Shown here piece by piece: positions 10,549 to 17,696 of a stretch of DNA of 64,000 nt; position 1 is the stretch's first letter; each line of letters begins with the position of its first letter. A model generated the notes under the pieces. It saw only the letters and a list, made by a program, of their open reading frames with translations. It was not told the origin of the DNA and did no database searches. The translations under genes were made by a program, and so were the position numbers. This DNA comes from Rhodocyclaceae bacterium UBA2271 (GTDB taxonomy: Bacteria; Pseudomonadota; Gammaproteobacteria; Burkholderiales; Rhodocyclaceae), in the NCBI GenBank assembly GCA_002347405.1, contig DDXB01000047.1:26690-90689 (forward strand), given 5' to 3'.

Positions 10549-10600
10549 GGCCCGACCTCCCCCAGTTCCTCCTTCGCCGGAGGGGAGACTGCTGCACTTC
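10549..10600 (+). repeat. head module of family G right after the MCP stop codon
   Basis: CCCGACCTCCCC...TCGCCGGAGGGGAGACTGCTGC parallels 63279-63310 (CCCGACCTCCCCTCGCGGGAAGGTGACTGTAGC). Confidence 0.55.
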
Positions 10601-10753
10601 TCTCCTCGCCCCGGGGCGGGCGGGGGAGAGGTGTAGCCACCAGAAAGCCCTTCAGCCGCAAAGCGGGAGAAGGGCGGCTCGGCGACCTGGATCATGGCCG
10701 ACTTGGCCGCCATGCACTTCGAGATCCGCACGCTGCCGCGCTGAGCCTGCGAA

Positions 10754-10780
10754 CTGGACCCCGGCCTACGCCGGGGTGAC
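10754..10780 (+). repeat. family-E hairpin (CTGGAYYCCGGCNTACGCCGGRRTGAC)
   Basis: The sequence is CTGGACCCCGGCCTACGCCGGGGTGAC, with the palindromic stem CCCCGGC/GCCGGGG. Confidence 0.75.
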
Positions 10781-10800
10781 GAAGTCGTTGGTCGTCCGCA

Positions 10801-10824
10801 AAAGTCGGCGCTGGCGGGACGGCG
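10801..10824 (+). repeat. family-A 24-nt unit, exact
   Basis: AAAGTCGGCGCTGGCGGGACGGCG lies in the MCP-TetR spacer. A partial GTCGGCGC repeat follows at 10831. Confidence 0.95.
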
Positions 10825-10850
10825 TTAATCGTCGGCGCAACCGGTTTCAT

Positions 10851-11017
10851 CCTAAAAACCTCAGATCGCACCACGGAGATCACGGAGGACACGGAGAAAC
10901 GGCGCAAGCACACAAAATTCAGGCGCACCCAACGGGCGACATGCGCTTATTACGTAACGCCTTGTTTTTTTCTCCATGATCACCGTGTCCTCCGTGGTGA
11001 ACTGCTTTTTCTAGGAT
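10851..11017 (+). mobile_element. MITE-like ~165-bp element (family D), copy 1
   Basis: The arms at 10869-10896 and 10972-10999 are inverted and each consists of three 9-nt iterations ending CACGGAG. The copy aligns end to end with 17490-17653 and has no coding capacity. Confidence 0.7.
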
Positions 11018-11024
11018 AAAACCC

Positions 11025-11053
11025 TTGCTTTACCGGAGCTTTTTTTCTAAAAT
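11025..11053 (+). promoter_or_regulatory. sigma70-like promoter of the TetR-fadE-fadI-fadJ operon
   Basis: TTGCTT-N17-TAAAAT lies 35 nt upstream of the TetR ATG. Confidence 0.45.
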
Positions 11054-11070
11054 TCAAACGAACGTATGAA
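11053..11070. promoter_or_regulatory. candidate TetR operator (inverted repeat TTCAAACG-AA-CGTATGAA)
   Basis: 7 of 9 arm positions are complementary. It abuts the -10 hexamer and shares the AAACG-NN-CGT core with 24621-24640. Confidence 0.5.
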
Positions 11071-11087
11071 TTATTGGAAAAGTACTC

Positions 11088-11750
11088 ATGGCTGAAACGC
11101 GTTCTGTCGATACTCGCGAGCGGATTCTCGATACAGCGGAGAGACTATTTACGGCCAATGGTTTCGACGGCACCTCGATGCGCCAGATCACCGGCGCGGC
11201 GGAGGTGAATCTGGCGTCCGTGAATTATCACTTCGGTTCCAAGGAAGCCTTGATGCGGGAAGTATTCCGCCGCCGCCTGGCTTGGTTGAATACCGAGCGG
11301 CTTCGTGTCCTGGACGAAATGGAAAGTAAGGCGGGCGACAAGCCGTTGAAGCCGTCCCAGATTGTCGAAGGATTTTTTGGCACGTTGCTGAGCATGGCGC
11401 AGGATGAATCACGTGGCGGGGTCACTTTCCTTCGCCTCCTGGGACGCACGCTGACCGATCCTGCGGACTTTATCCGCACTTTTCTTGCCGACGAGTATCA
11501 GGAGGTTGTCGAGCGTTACAAGTCAGCGTTGTTCAAGGCTTTGCCCGATGTGCCGCGCGCCGAGATCGCCTGGCGCTTCCATTTCATGCTCGGCGCGACC
11601 TCATATGCGATTGCCGGCACGGACGCCCTGCGGCTGGTCACCGACTGGGGAGTCGAAGATGAAGATGCGATCGATCGCCTCGACCGGCTGCCACAGCGCC
11701 TGATGTCCTTTCTGCTGGGCGGACTGCGCGCCCCGCTGCCAAAATTTTAA
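11088..11750 (+). CDS. TetR-family transcriptional regulator (candidate fatty-acid degradation repressor)
   Basis: 220 aa with an N-terminal TetR HTH (RILDTAERLFTANGFDGTSMRQITGAAEVNLASVNYHFGSKE). It is the first gene of a fadE-fadI-fadJ-like operon. Confidence 0.85.
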   Translation: MAETRSVDTRERILDTAERLFTANGFDGTSMRQITGAAEVNLASVNYHFGSKEALMREVFRRRLAWLNTERLRVLDEMESKAGDKPLKPSQIVEGFFGTLLSMAQDESRGGVTFLRLLGRTLTDPADFIRTFLADEYQEVVERYKSALFKALPDVPRAEIAWRFHFMLGATSYAIAGTDALRLVTDWGVEDEDAIDRLDRLPQRLMSFLLGGLRAPLPKF

Positions 11751-11827
11751 TCAGCACTTTCCTCATTCGCTAGCACTGCCGGCACCAAGCAATCCGATCA
11801 AGCCGGTTCAATCAGGAGATTCACAGT

Positions 11828-14182
11828 ATGAACACCTCCATCACCCTGCTGCTGGGTATCGTCGTCCTGGCAATCGTGGTTGGTCTGTTCCTGATCCGCC
11901 CGTTGCGCCGCACGCTGATTACCCGGCCAATATTTGCCACTTATCGCAGCCTCCTGCCACAGATGTCGGATACCGAGAAAGAGGCGCTCGAAGCGGGTAC
12001 CGTCTGGTGGGAAGGGGAGTTGTTCCGCGGCCGGCCGGACTGGAAAAAGTTGCATGCCTACCCGCGCCCCAAGCTGACTGCCGCTGAACAGTCCTTCCTG
12101 GACAATGAGGTTACTACTGCCTGCAGCCTGGTCGATGACTGGCAGGTAACGCACGAACTCCACGACATGCCCGAAGCAGCCTGGCGCTACCTCAAGGACA
12201 AGGGCTTCCTTGGCATGATCATTCCGAAGCGCTATGGTGGCCTGGAATTCTCCGCCTATGCACATTCGCAGGTGATCACCAAGCTTTCCACCCGCTCGTC
12301 GGCAATGGCCGTATCGGTGATGGTGCCGAATTCGCTCGGCCCGGCCGAACTGCTGCTGCACTACGGTACCGAGGAACAGAAAAACCACTATCTGCCGCGG
12401 CTGGCCAAGGGCATCGAAGTGCCGGCTTTCGCGCTGACCAGTCCGTGGGCCGGTTCCGACGCTGCCTCGATCCCCGATAGCGGCATTGTCTGCAAGGGCA
12501 TGTGGCAGGGCAAGGAAGTGCTTGGCATGCGCGTGACCTGGGACAAGCGCTACATCACGCTGGCGCCGCTGTGCACCATCCTCGGCCTGGCTGTCCGCCT
12601 GTTCGACCCGGACGGTTTGCTGGGTGACAAGAAGGATATCGGCATCACCTGCGCACTGGTTCCTTACGATCATCCTGGTGTGGATACCGGCCGCCGGCAT
12701 TTTCCGCTCAACGCGATGTTCACCACCGGCCCTACGCGCGGCACGGATGTCTTCATGCCGCTCGATTTCATCATCGGCGGGCCGGCGAATGCCGGCCAGG
12801 GCTGGCGCATGCTGATGGAATGTCTGGCGGCGGGTCGCTCGATTTCGCTGCCATCGTCGCATATCGGCATGGCACAGATGACGGCACGTGCCGTCGGCGG
12901 TTACGCCCGCGTGCGCAGTCAGTTCAAGCTGGCGCTGGGCCGCTTCGAGGGCGTCGAAGAGGGGCTGACGCGTATCGGCGCCTACACGTACCTTATGGAC
13001 GCCACGCGCAGGATGACGGCCGGTGCCGTCGATCTGGGCGAGAAGCCGTCGGTGGTTTCTGCCATCGCCAAATATCACGTCACCGAGCGCGCTCGTCAGG
13101 TAGTGAATGACGGCATGGATATCATCGGCGGCAAGGGCATCTGCCTCGGCCCGTCCAATTTCCTCGGCCGCGCCTACCAGCAGGTGCCGATCGGCATTAC
13201 CGTCGAAGGCGCCAACATCCTGACCCGCTCCCTGATCATTTTCGGGCAAGGCGCGATCCGCTGCCATCCTTATCTGCTCCCCGAAATGCAGGCTGCGCAG
13301 AATCCAGATGAAAAGAGGGGCCTCGTCGATTTTGACCGGGCGCTGTGGGCGCATATCGGCTTTACCATCAGAAACGGGTTTTATGCACTTTGGCTGGGCA
13401 TGACCGGTTCGCACTTCGTCCCGGTGGGTGCCAGCGTGGCGCCCGAAATGCGCCGCTATTACCAGCAACTCACCCGCTTCTCGTCGGCCTTCGCCTTCCT
13501 CACGGATATTTCGCTGCTGGTGCTGGGTGGCAGTGCCAAGCGCCGTGAGAAGATTTCCGGACGGCTTGGCGACATCCTCGCGCAGATGTACCTGATGTCC
13601 TGCACCTTGAAACGCTATGAGGATGAAGGTCGCCAGCAGGCCGATGCCCCATTGGCCCATTGGGCGATCTGGGATTCAATGTACAAGGCGCAGCAGGCTT
13701 TCGAAGGCGTGATCGCCAATTTCCCGATCCGTTTCGTCGGTGCCATCCTGCATCGCAGCATCTTTCCCTGGGGTTATCCCTATGTATTCCCCTCCGACGA
13801 CCTGGGCCAGGAGGTCGCCAAGGCCATGATCGCACCGTCGGCGACGCGCGACCGCCTGACGGCCGAATGCTATTTGCCGCCCTCAGAGAACGAGCCGGTC
13901 GGCGCCATTGAGTTGGCATTGCTGGCGACGCTGGAAGCCGAGCCGATCGAAGCGAAGATTCGCGAGGCCGAAAAGTCTGGCCGTTTCGAGGGCGATCCGC
14001 GCGCCAACGTGCGCGATATCGCGGTGGTTGCTGCCGAGCAGGGCGTGATTTCAACGGCCGAATATGAGGTGATGAAGCGCCGTAATGCCTTGCGCGATAT
14101 CGTTGTGCGCGTCGACGATTTTCCGTTCGACTTCGGTGTGGCGACGGCCAACAAGCCTCCCGCATCCCGCATGGGGGACTGA
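11828..14182 (+). CDS. fadE: large acyl-CoA dehydrogenase (FadE type)
   Basis: 784 aa with an N-terminal membrane-anchor-like helix, an ACAD core and a FadE-type C-terminal extension. It lies in a beta-oxidation operon. Confidence 0.8.
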   Translation: MNTSITLLLGIVVLAIVVGLFLIRPLRRTLITRPIFATYRSLLPQMSDTEKEALEAGTVWWEGELFRGRPDWKKLHAYPRPKLTAAEQSFLDNEVTTACSLVDDWQVTHELHDMPEAAWRYLKDKGFLGMIIPKRYGGLEFSAYAHSQVITKLSTRSSAMAVSVMVPNSLGPAELLLHYGTEEQKNHYLPRLAKGIEVPAFALTSPWAGSDAASIPDSGIVCKGMWQGKEVLGMRVTWDKRYITLAPLCTILGLAVRLFDPDGLLGDKKDIGITCALVPYDHPGVDTGRRHFPLNAMFTTGPTRGTDVFMPLDFIIGGPANAGQGWRMLMECLAAGRSISLPSSHIGMAQMTARAVGGYARVRSQFKLALGRFEGVEEGLTRIGAYTYLMDATRRMTAGAVDLGEKPSVVSAIAKYHVTERARQVVNDGMDIIGGKGICLGPSNFLGRAYQQVPIGITVEGANILTRSLIIFGQGAIRCHPYLLPEMQAAQNPDEKRGLVDFDRALWAHIGFTIRNGFYALWLGMTGSHFVPVGASVAPEMRRYYQQLTRFSSAFAFLTDISLLVLGGSAKRREKISGRLGDILAQMYLMSCTLKRYEDEGRQQADAPLAHWAIWDSMYKAQQAFEGVIANFPIRFVGAILHRSIFPWGYPYVFPSDDLGQEVAKAMIAPSATRDRLTAECYLPPSENEPVGAIELALLATLEAEPIEAKIREAEKSGRFEGDPRANVRDIAVVAAEQGVISTAEYEVMKRRNALRDIVVRVDDFPFDFGVATANKPPASRMGD

Positions 14183-14184
14183 AC

Positions 14185-15471
14185 ATGTCAGGGAAAGCGA
14201 TATATGTCGTCGACGGTGCGCGCACGCCGTTCCTGAAGGCCAGGACCGGCCCCGGCCCGTTTGCCGCTTCCGATCTGGCGACGCAGGCCGGCCGCGCGCT
14301 GCTGCTGCGCCAGCCCTTTGCCCCGCAGGACCTTGACGAGGTCATCCTCGGCTGTGCCGCGCCCTCGCCGGATGAAACCAACATCGGTCGCCTGGTGGCG
14401 CTGCGTCTCGGTTGTGGCCACAAGGTGCCGGCTTGGACAGTGATGCGCAACTGCGCATCGGGCATGCAGGCCATCGATTCCGCCATGGTGAATATCCAGG
14501 CGGGCCGTTCCGAGCTGGTGTTGGCGGGCGGCGTCGATGCGCTGTCGCGCGCGCCGCTGCTGTATTCCGACACCATGGTGCACTGGTTCGCCGCCATGAT
14601 GCAGATGCGGACGTTGGGACAAAAGCTTGGCCATTTCCTGAAACTCAAACCCGCCGCGCTGTTCTCTCCCGTGATCGGGCTGATGAAGGGCCTGACCGAT
14701 CCGATGGTCGGTCTCCTGATGGGGCAGACGGCGGAAAACCTTGCCTGGAAGTTTGCTATCACGCGCCAGCAGATGGATGAATTTTCGGTACGCAGCCATC
14801 AGCGGGCACTGGCCGGGCGGGCGGTCGGGCATTTCGACGAGGTCGTACCGCTGGTGGATGCCAACGGCACGGTTTATGCCGTGGATGACGGCGTGCGCGA
14901 TGACGCCAGTCTGTCCGGCATGGCCAAACCGAAACCGTTTTTCGACAAGAAGTACGGCAACATCACGGCCGCCAACAGCTCGCAGATTACCGATGGCGCC
15001 GCCTGGGTGCTGCTCGCCAGCGAGGCAGCCGTCGCCCGCTGGAACTTGCAGCCGCTCGGCCGCATCGTCGACAGTCAGTGGGCCGGTCTTGACCCGGCCA
15101 TGATGGGTCTTGGCCCGGTCCATGCGTCAACGCCGCTGCTGCAGCGTAACAAGCTGACGCTGGCCGACATCGATTACTGGGAGCTGAACGAAGCCTTTGC
15201 CGCGCAGGTGCTGGCCTGTCAGGCCGCGTGGCAGGACGATGCCTATTGCCGCGAGCAGCTCGACTTGCCGGGCGCGCTGGGCGTGCTTGATGACAGCCGC
15301 CTGAATGTCGATGGCGGAGCGGTGGCGATCGGCCATCCGGTCGGCGCTTCGGGAACGCGCATCGTGCTGCACCTGCTGCATGTACTGCGGCGTGAGAAAG
15401 CCAAACGCGGCATCGCCACCATCTGTATCGGTGGTGGTCTGGGCGGCGCCATGTTGGTGGAGGCCTGTTGA
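14185..15471 (+). CDS. fadI: acetyl-CoA C-acyltransferase (3-ketoacyl-CoA thiolase, FadI-like long form)
   Basis: 428 aa thiolase (NCASGMQAI active-site Cys, GHPVGASG, CIGGGLG) with the FadI-type internal insertion. It is coupled to the next gene, whose ATG lies 1 nt after the stop. Confidence 0.8.
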   Translation: MSGKAIYVVDGARTPFLKARTGPGPFAASDLATQAGRALLLRQPFAPQDLDEVILGCAAPSPDETNIGRLVALRLGCGHKVPAWTVMRNCASGMQAIDSAMVNIQAGRSELVLAGGVDALSRAPLLYSDTMVHWFAAMMQMRTLGQKLGHFLKLKPAALFSPVIGLMKGLTDPMVGLLMGQTAENLAWKFAITRQQMDEFSVRSHQRALAGRAVGHFDEVVPLVDANGTVYAVDDGVRDDASLSGMAKPKPFFDKKYGNITAANSSQITDGAAWVLLASEAAVARWNLQPLGRIVDSQWAGLDPAMMGLGPVHASTPLLQRNKLTLADIDYWELNEAFAAQVLACQAAWQDDAYCREQLDLPGALGVLDDSRLNVDGGAVAIGHPVGASGTRIVLHLLHVLRREKAKRGIATICIGGGLGGAMLVEAC

Positions 15472-15472
15472 G

Positions 15473-17425
15473 ATGAAAAACTGGCAAATTGAACGCGACG
15501 AAAATGATCTGGTTTGGGCCACCCTCGACCGGGCCGGAGAATCCACCAATGCCCTGTCGGCCGAAGTGCTGGCCGAATTCAGGGAGCTGCTCGACCAACT
15601 GGACCAAACACCACCCAAAGGCCTGATCATCCGTTCGGGCAAGGCGGCAGGATTCATTGCCGGCGCCGACATCCAGGAATTCACCCAGCTGGATAGCGCC
15701 GCAAAAGGCCGGGCGTTGATCGCCCGCGGCTGGGACCTGTTCAACCGGCTGGCTGGCGTGCCCTATCCGACGCTGGCGCTGGTGCGCGGCCACTGCCTGG
15801 GCGGCGGACTGGAATTGTCACTCGCCTGCCGTTACCTGCTGGCAGTCGACGAGCCGGGCACGAAATTCGGCTTGCCGGAAGTGATGCTCGGCATCTTTCC
15901 GGGCTGGGGCGGCATGTTGCGCCTGCCGCAGCGCATCGGGCCGGCGGCAGCGCTGGATCTGATGCTGACCGGCAAGACGCTGGATGCCAAGCGTGCCAAA
16001 CGCATGGGTCTCGCCGACGAAGCGGTGCCGCCGCGTGTCATGACCGCTGCCGCGCGCCAGTTGGTGTTGTCCGGTCAGCCGCGCCGCAAGCTGCCCCTGT
16101 TGCAACGGCTCTTGAATGGCCCGCTGAAATTCGTCGTTGCCAACGGCGCGCGCAAGCAGGTTGCCAAAAAGGCCCGGCCGGAACACTACCCGGCGCCCTA
16201 CGCGATCATCGACCTGTGGGCGAAACACCAAGGCAACGCCCTGGCGGCGCCCGAGGTGCTTGACCGCATTATCAATTCCTCGACGGCGCGCAATCTGGTT
16301 CGGGTCTTTTTCCTGCAGGAGCGTTTGAAGAGTTTCGGCAAGGAATCCGACTTCAAGGCAAAGCGTGTGCATGTGATCGGCGCCGGCACGATGGGTGGCG
16401 ACATCGCCGCCTGGTGCGTGTTGCGTGGCATGACCGTGAGCCTGCAGGATCAGGATTTGGAGCGTATCGCTCCGGCCCTTAAACGTGCCCATGCGCTGTT
16501 CACCCGGCGCCTGCGCGAACCCTTGCGGGTGCGCGAGGCCTTCGATCGGCTGATTCCGGACGCGAACGGGGCCGGCGTGGCGCATGCCGATGTCGTCATC
16601 GAGGCGATCTTCGAGAATGTCGAAGCCAAGCACGCGCTGTTCCGTGTACTGGAACCGCAGATGAAACCAGGAGCGGTGCTGGCGACCAATACTTCCAGTC
16701 TGCGGCTGGAAGATTTGCGCACCGTGCTCAAGCAACCCGAACGCCTGGTCGGTATCCACTTCTTCAACCCGGTGGCGATGATGCCCCTGGTCGAGGTCGT
16801 CGCGGCAGAGGGTGCCGATCCGGCGATAGTGCAGGCGGCCTATGCCTTTGTCCGGCAGATCGACAAGCTGCCGCTGCCGGTCAGGAGCATGCCGGGCTTT
16901 CTCGTCAATGCCGTGCTGGCACCTTACATGCTGGCGGCGATGCGCGCGGTCGATTCAGGCGTTCCGCCGGAAGTTGTGGATGAGGCCATGCTCGCCTTCG
17001 GCATGCCGATGGGCCCGATCGAACTGGCCGACACCGTTGGCCTCGACATCGCGCTGGCGGCCGGCAAGCAATTGGCCGACGGTGCCGAACCACCACAATG
17101 CCTGCTCGCTTTCGTCGAGAAAAAACAGCTGGGCAAGAAAACCGGACAGGGTTTCTACGACTGGAGCAGCGGCAAGGCGAAGAAAGTCGGCGCTGGCGGA
17201 CTGGTGGGCGCCCCACCCGCGCCAAAAGTCGGCGCTGGCGGGACGGCGATACCAGCTGGCCTCGCCGCGAGCCTGGTCAAACCACTGATCGATCGCACCG
17301 AAAAACTGGTTGCCGACGGTGTCGTTGCCGATGCCGAGTTGGCCGATGCGGGCGTGATCTTTGGCACCGGCTTTGCGCCATTTACCGGTGGACCGCTGAA
17401 GTATCGGGAGGATGCGGGGTGGTAG
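15473..17425 (+). CDS. fadJ: enoyl-CoA hydratase / 3-hydroxyacyl-CoA dehydrogenase (FadJ/FadB type)
   Basis: It opens MKNWQIERDE. An N-terminal crotonase fold is followed by an NAD-binding GAGTMGG motif. The ATG at 15473 directly follows the thiolase stop, and the upstream ORF-track extension overlaps fadI. It contains a 66-nt family-A repeat dimer in frame. Confidence 0.85.
   Translation: MKNWQIERDENDLVWATLDRAGESTNALSAEVLAEFRELLDQLDQTPPKGLIIRSGKAAGFIAGADIQEFTQLDSAAKGRALIARGWDLFNRLAGVPYPTLALVRGHCLGGGLELSLACRYLLAVDEPGTKFGLPEVMLGIFPGWGGMLRLPQRIGPAAALDLMLTGKTLDAKRAKRMGLADEAVPPRVMTAAARQLVLSGQPRRKLPLLQRLLNGPLKFVVANGARKQVAKKARPEHYPAPYAIIDLWAKHQGNALAAPEVLDRIINSSTARNLVRVFFLQERLKSFGKESDFKAKRVHVIGAGTMGGDIAAWCVLRGMTVSLQDQDLERIAPALKRAHALFTRRLREPLRVREAFDRLIPDANGAGVAHADVVIEAIFENVEAKHALFRVLEPQMKPGAVLATNTSSLRLEDLRTVLKQPERLVGIHFFNPVAMMPLVEVVAAEGADPAIVQAAYAFVRQIDKLPLPVRSMPGFLVNAVLAPYMLAAMRAVDSGVPPEVVDEAMLAFGMPMGPIELADTVGLDIALAAGKQLADGAEPPQCLLAFVEKKQLGKKTGQGFYDWSSGKAKKVGAGGLVGAPPAPKVGAGGTAIPAGLAASLVKPLIDRTEKLVADGVVADAELADAGVIFGTGFAPFTGGPLKYREDAGW
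17183..17248 (+). repeat. family-A element, dimer (long) form, in frame in fadJ-like CDS
   Basis: AAAGTCGGCGCTGGCGGA (17183-17200), a 24-nt spacer, then the exact 24-mer (17225-17248). It is translated KKVGAGGLVGAPPAPKVGAGGTA. Confidence 0.9.
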
Positions 17426-17449
17426 CGAAAACAGGGTAACCGTGACTCC

Positions 17450-17476
17450 GTCACCCCGGCGTAAGCCGGGGTCCAG
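17450..17476 (-). repeat. family-E hairpin, inverted copy
   Basis: GTCACCCCGGCGTAAGCCGGGGTCCAG is the reverse complement of the family consensus. Confidence 0.75.
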
Positions 17477-17489
17477 ACGGCTGAACCAC

Positions 17490-17653
17490 CCTAAAAACTC
17501 AGTTCTCACCACGGAGTTCACGGAGAACACGGAGGAAGGCAGCAAGCGGACAAAATGTGGGCGCACCAGACGGGTGACGCTCATAGAATCCGCAAGGATT
17601 ATTTTTGCTCCGTGATCTCCGTGTCCTCCGTGGTTAACAGCTTTTGCTGGGAT
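17490..17653 (+). mobile_element. MITE-like ~165-bp element (family D), copy 2
   Basis: It has the same architecture as copy 1 and lies between the convergent fadJ-like and RND genes, bracketed by inverted family-E hairpins. Confidence 0.7.
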
Positions 17654-17655
17654 CA

Positions 17656-17682
17656 CTGGATTCCGGCTTACGCCGGAATGAC
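17656..17682 (+). repeat. family-E hairpin
   Basis: The sequence is CTGGATTCCGGCTTACGCCGGAATGAC. Stem changes relative to the other copies are compensatory (CCCCGGC/GCCGGGG versus TTCCGGC/GCCGGAA). Confidence 0.75.
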
Positions 17683-17696
17683 ATCAACGGGGTTGA

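Noticed and set aside
10776-10979. Small ORFs lying in the repeat islands: 10692-10928 (-), 10776-10979 (+), 17412-17615 (+), 17555-17797 (+) and 47831-48127 (+).
   Set aside because: They are read-through of families A, D and E. For example, KSRRWRDG is simply family A in another frame. They have no start context and no similarity to anything I recognise.
10869-10999. The short 9-nt CACGGAG iterations could be mistaken for a mini CRISPR or a tandem-repeat array.
   Set aside because: There are only three iterations per arm, no spacers of constant length and an inverted second arm. The architecture is that of a MITE-like inverted repeat, and there are no cas genes.
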